From positions 1-14,317 of IMG/VR virus record IMGVR_UViG_2648501130_000001: 14,317 nt of DNA; one strand, given 5' to 3'. Position numbers and translations under genes: made by a program. Of this stretch, positions 14,235 through 14,317 are shown in pieces. This DNA is from a virus. Taxonomy: Duplodnaviria; Heunggongvirae; Uroviricota; Caudoviricetes. Under the pieces are notes generated by a model. That model was given only the letters and a program-made list of their open reading frames with translations. It ran no database searches and was not told where the DNA came from. Within the stretch, counting starts at the first letter, position 1; every line of letters begins with the position of its first letter.

Positions 14235-14317
14235 AACAACAATTATTATGTTTCTTTTATCTTCTAAAACACTTTTATTTTTAACATTGGTGGAATAAAC
14301 AGCCAGAAAGATTATAG

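Noticed and set aside
1-14317. CRISPR arrays, tRNA/rRNA genes, IS elements, integrase or attachment sites
   Set aside because: No regularly spaced short repeats, no cloverleaf-compatible tRNA-like segments, no transposase or integrase-like ORFs and no terminal inverted repeats were seen; the prophage ends appear to lie outside the window.

Overview
This window looks like a defective (cryptic) lambdoid prophage in an enterobacterial chromosome, built as a mosaic of near-lambda modules and DLP12-type modules, with several AT-rich cargo islands inserted between them. All protein identifications are from reading the translations and recalling family sequences; no database search was run. Left to right: the 3' part of lambda-like O, then P and ren; an AT-rich island with a small membrane protein and a two-lipoprotein operon; a nin-region block (ybcN, ninE, ybcO, rusA, ylcG); a short Q-family antiterminator followed by a strong intrinsic terminator; a second AT-rich island in the classic Q-to-lysis moron position (Blc-type lipocalin, DUF523/DUF1722 Fe-S-type protein, short AraC/XylS regulator); the lysis cassette (holin, SAR endolysin, Rz with embedded Rz1); ybcV and ylcI homologues; a lambda-type cos site; a Nu1 small terminase truncated at a deletion junction; tail-fibre and tail-fibre-assembly remnants with a roughly 129-nt direct repeat flanking an opposite-strand SAM methyltransferase; and an AT-rich membrane GGDEF diguanylate cyclase. 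No rRNA, tRNA, CRISPR array or IS element was recognised. The candidates most worth follow-up are the cargo islands (nin-region lipoproteins, Q-lysis island, methyltransferase between tfa repeats, GGDEF cyclase); none of their functions can be established from sequence alone.
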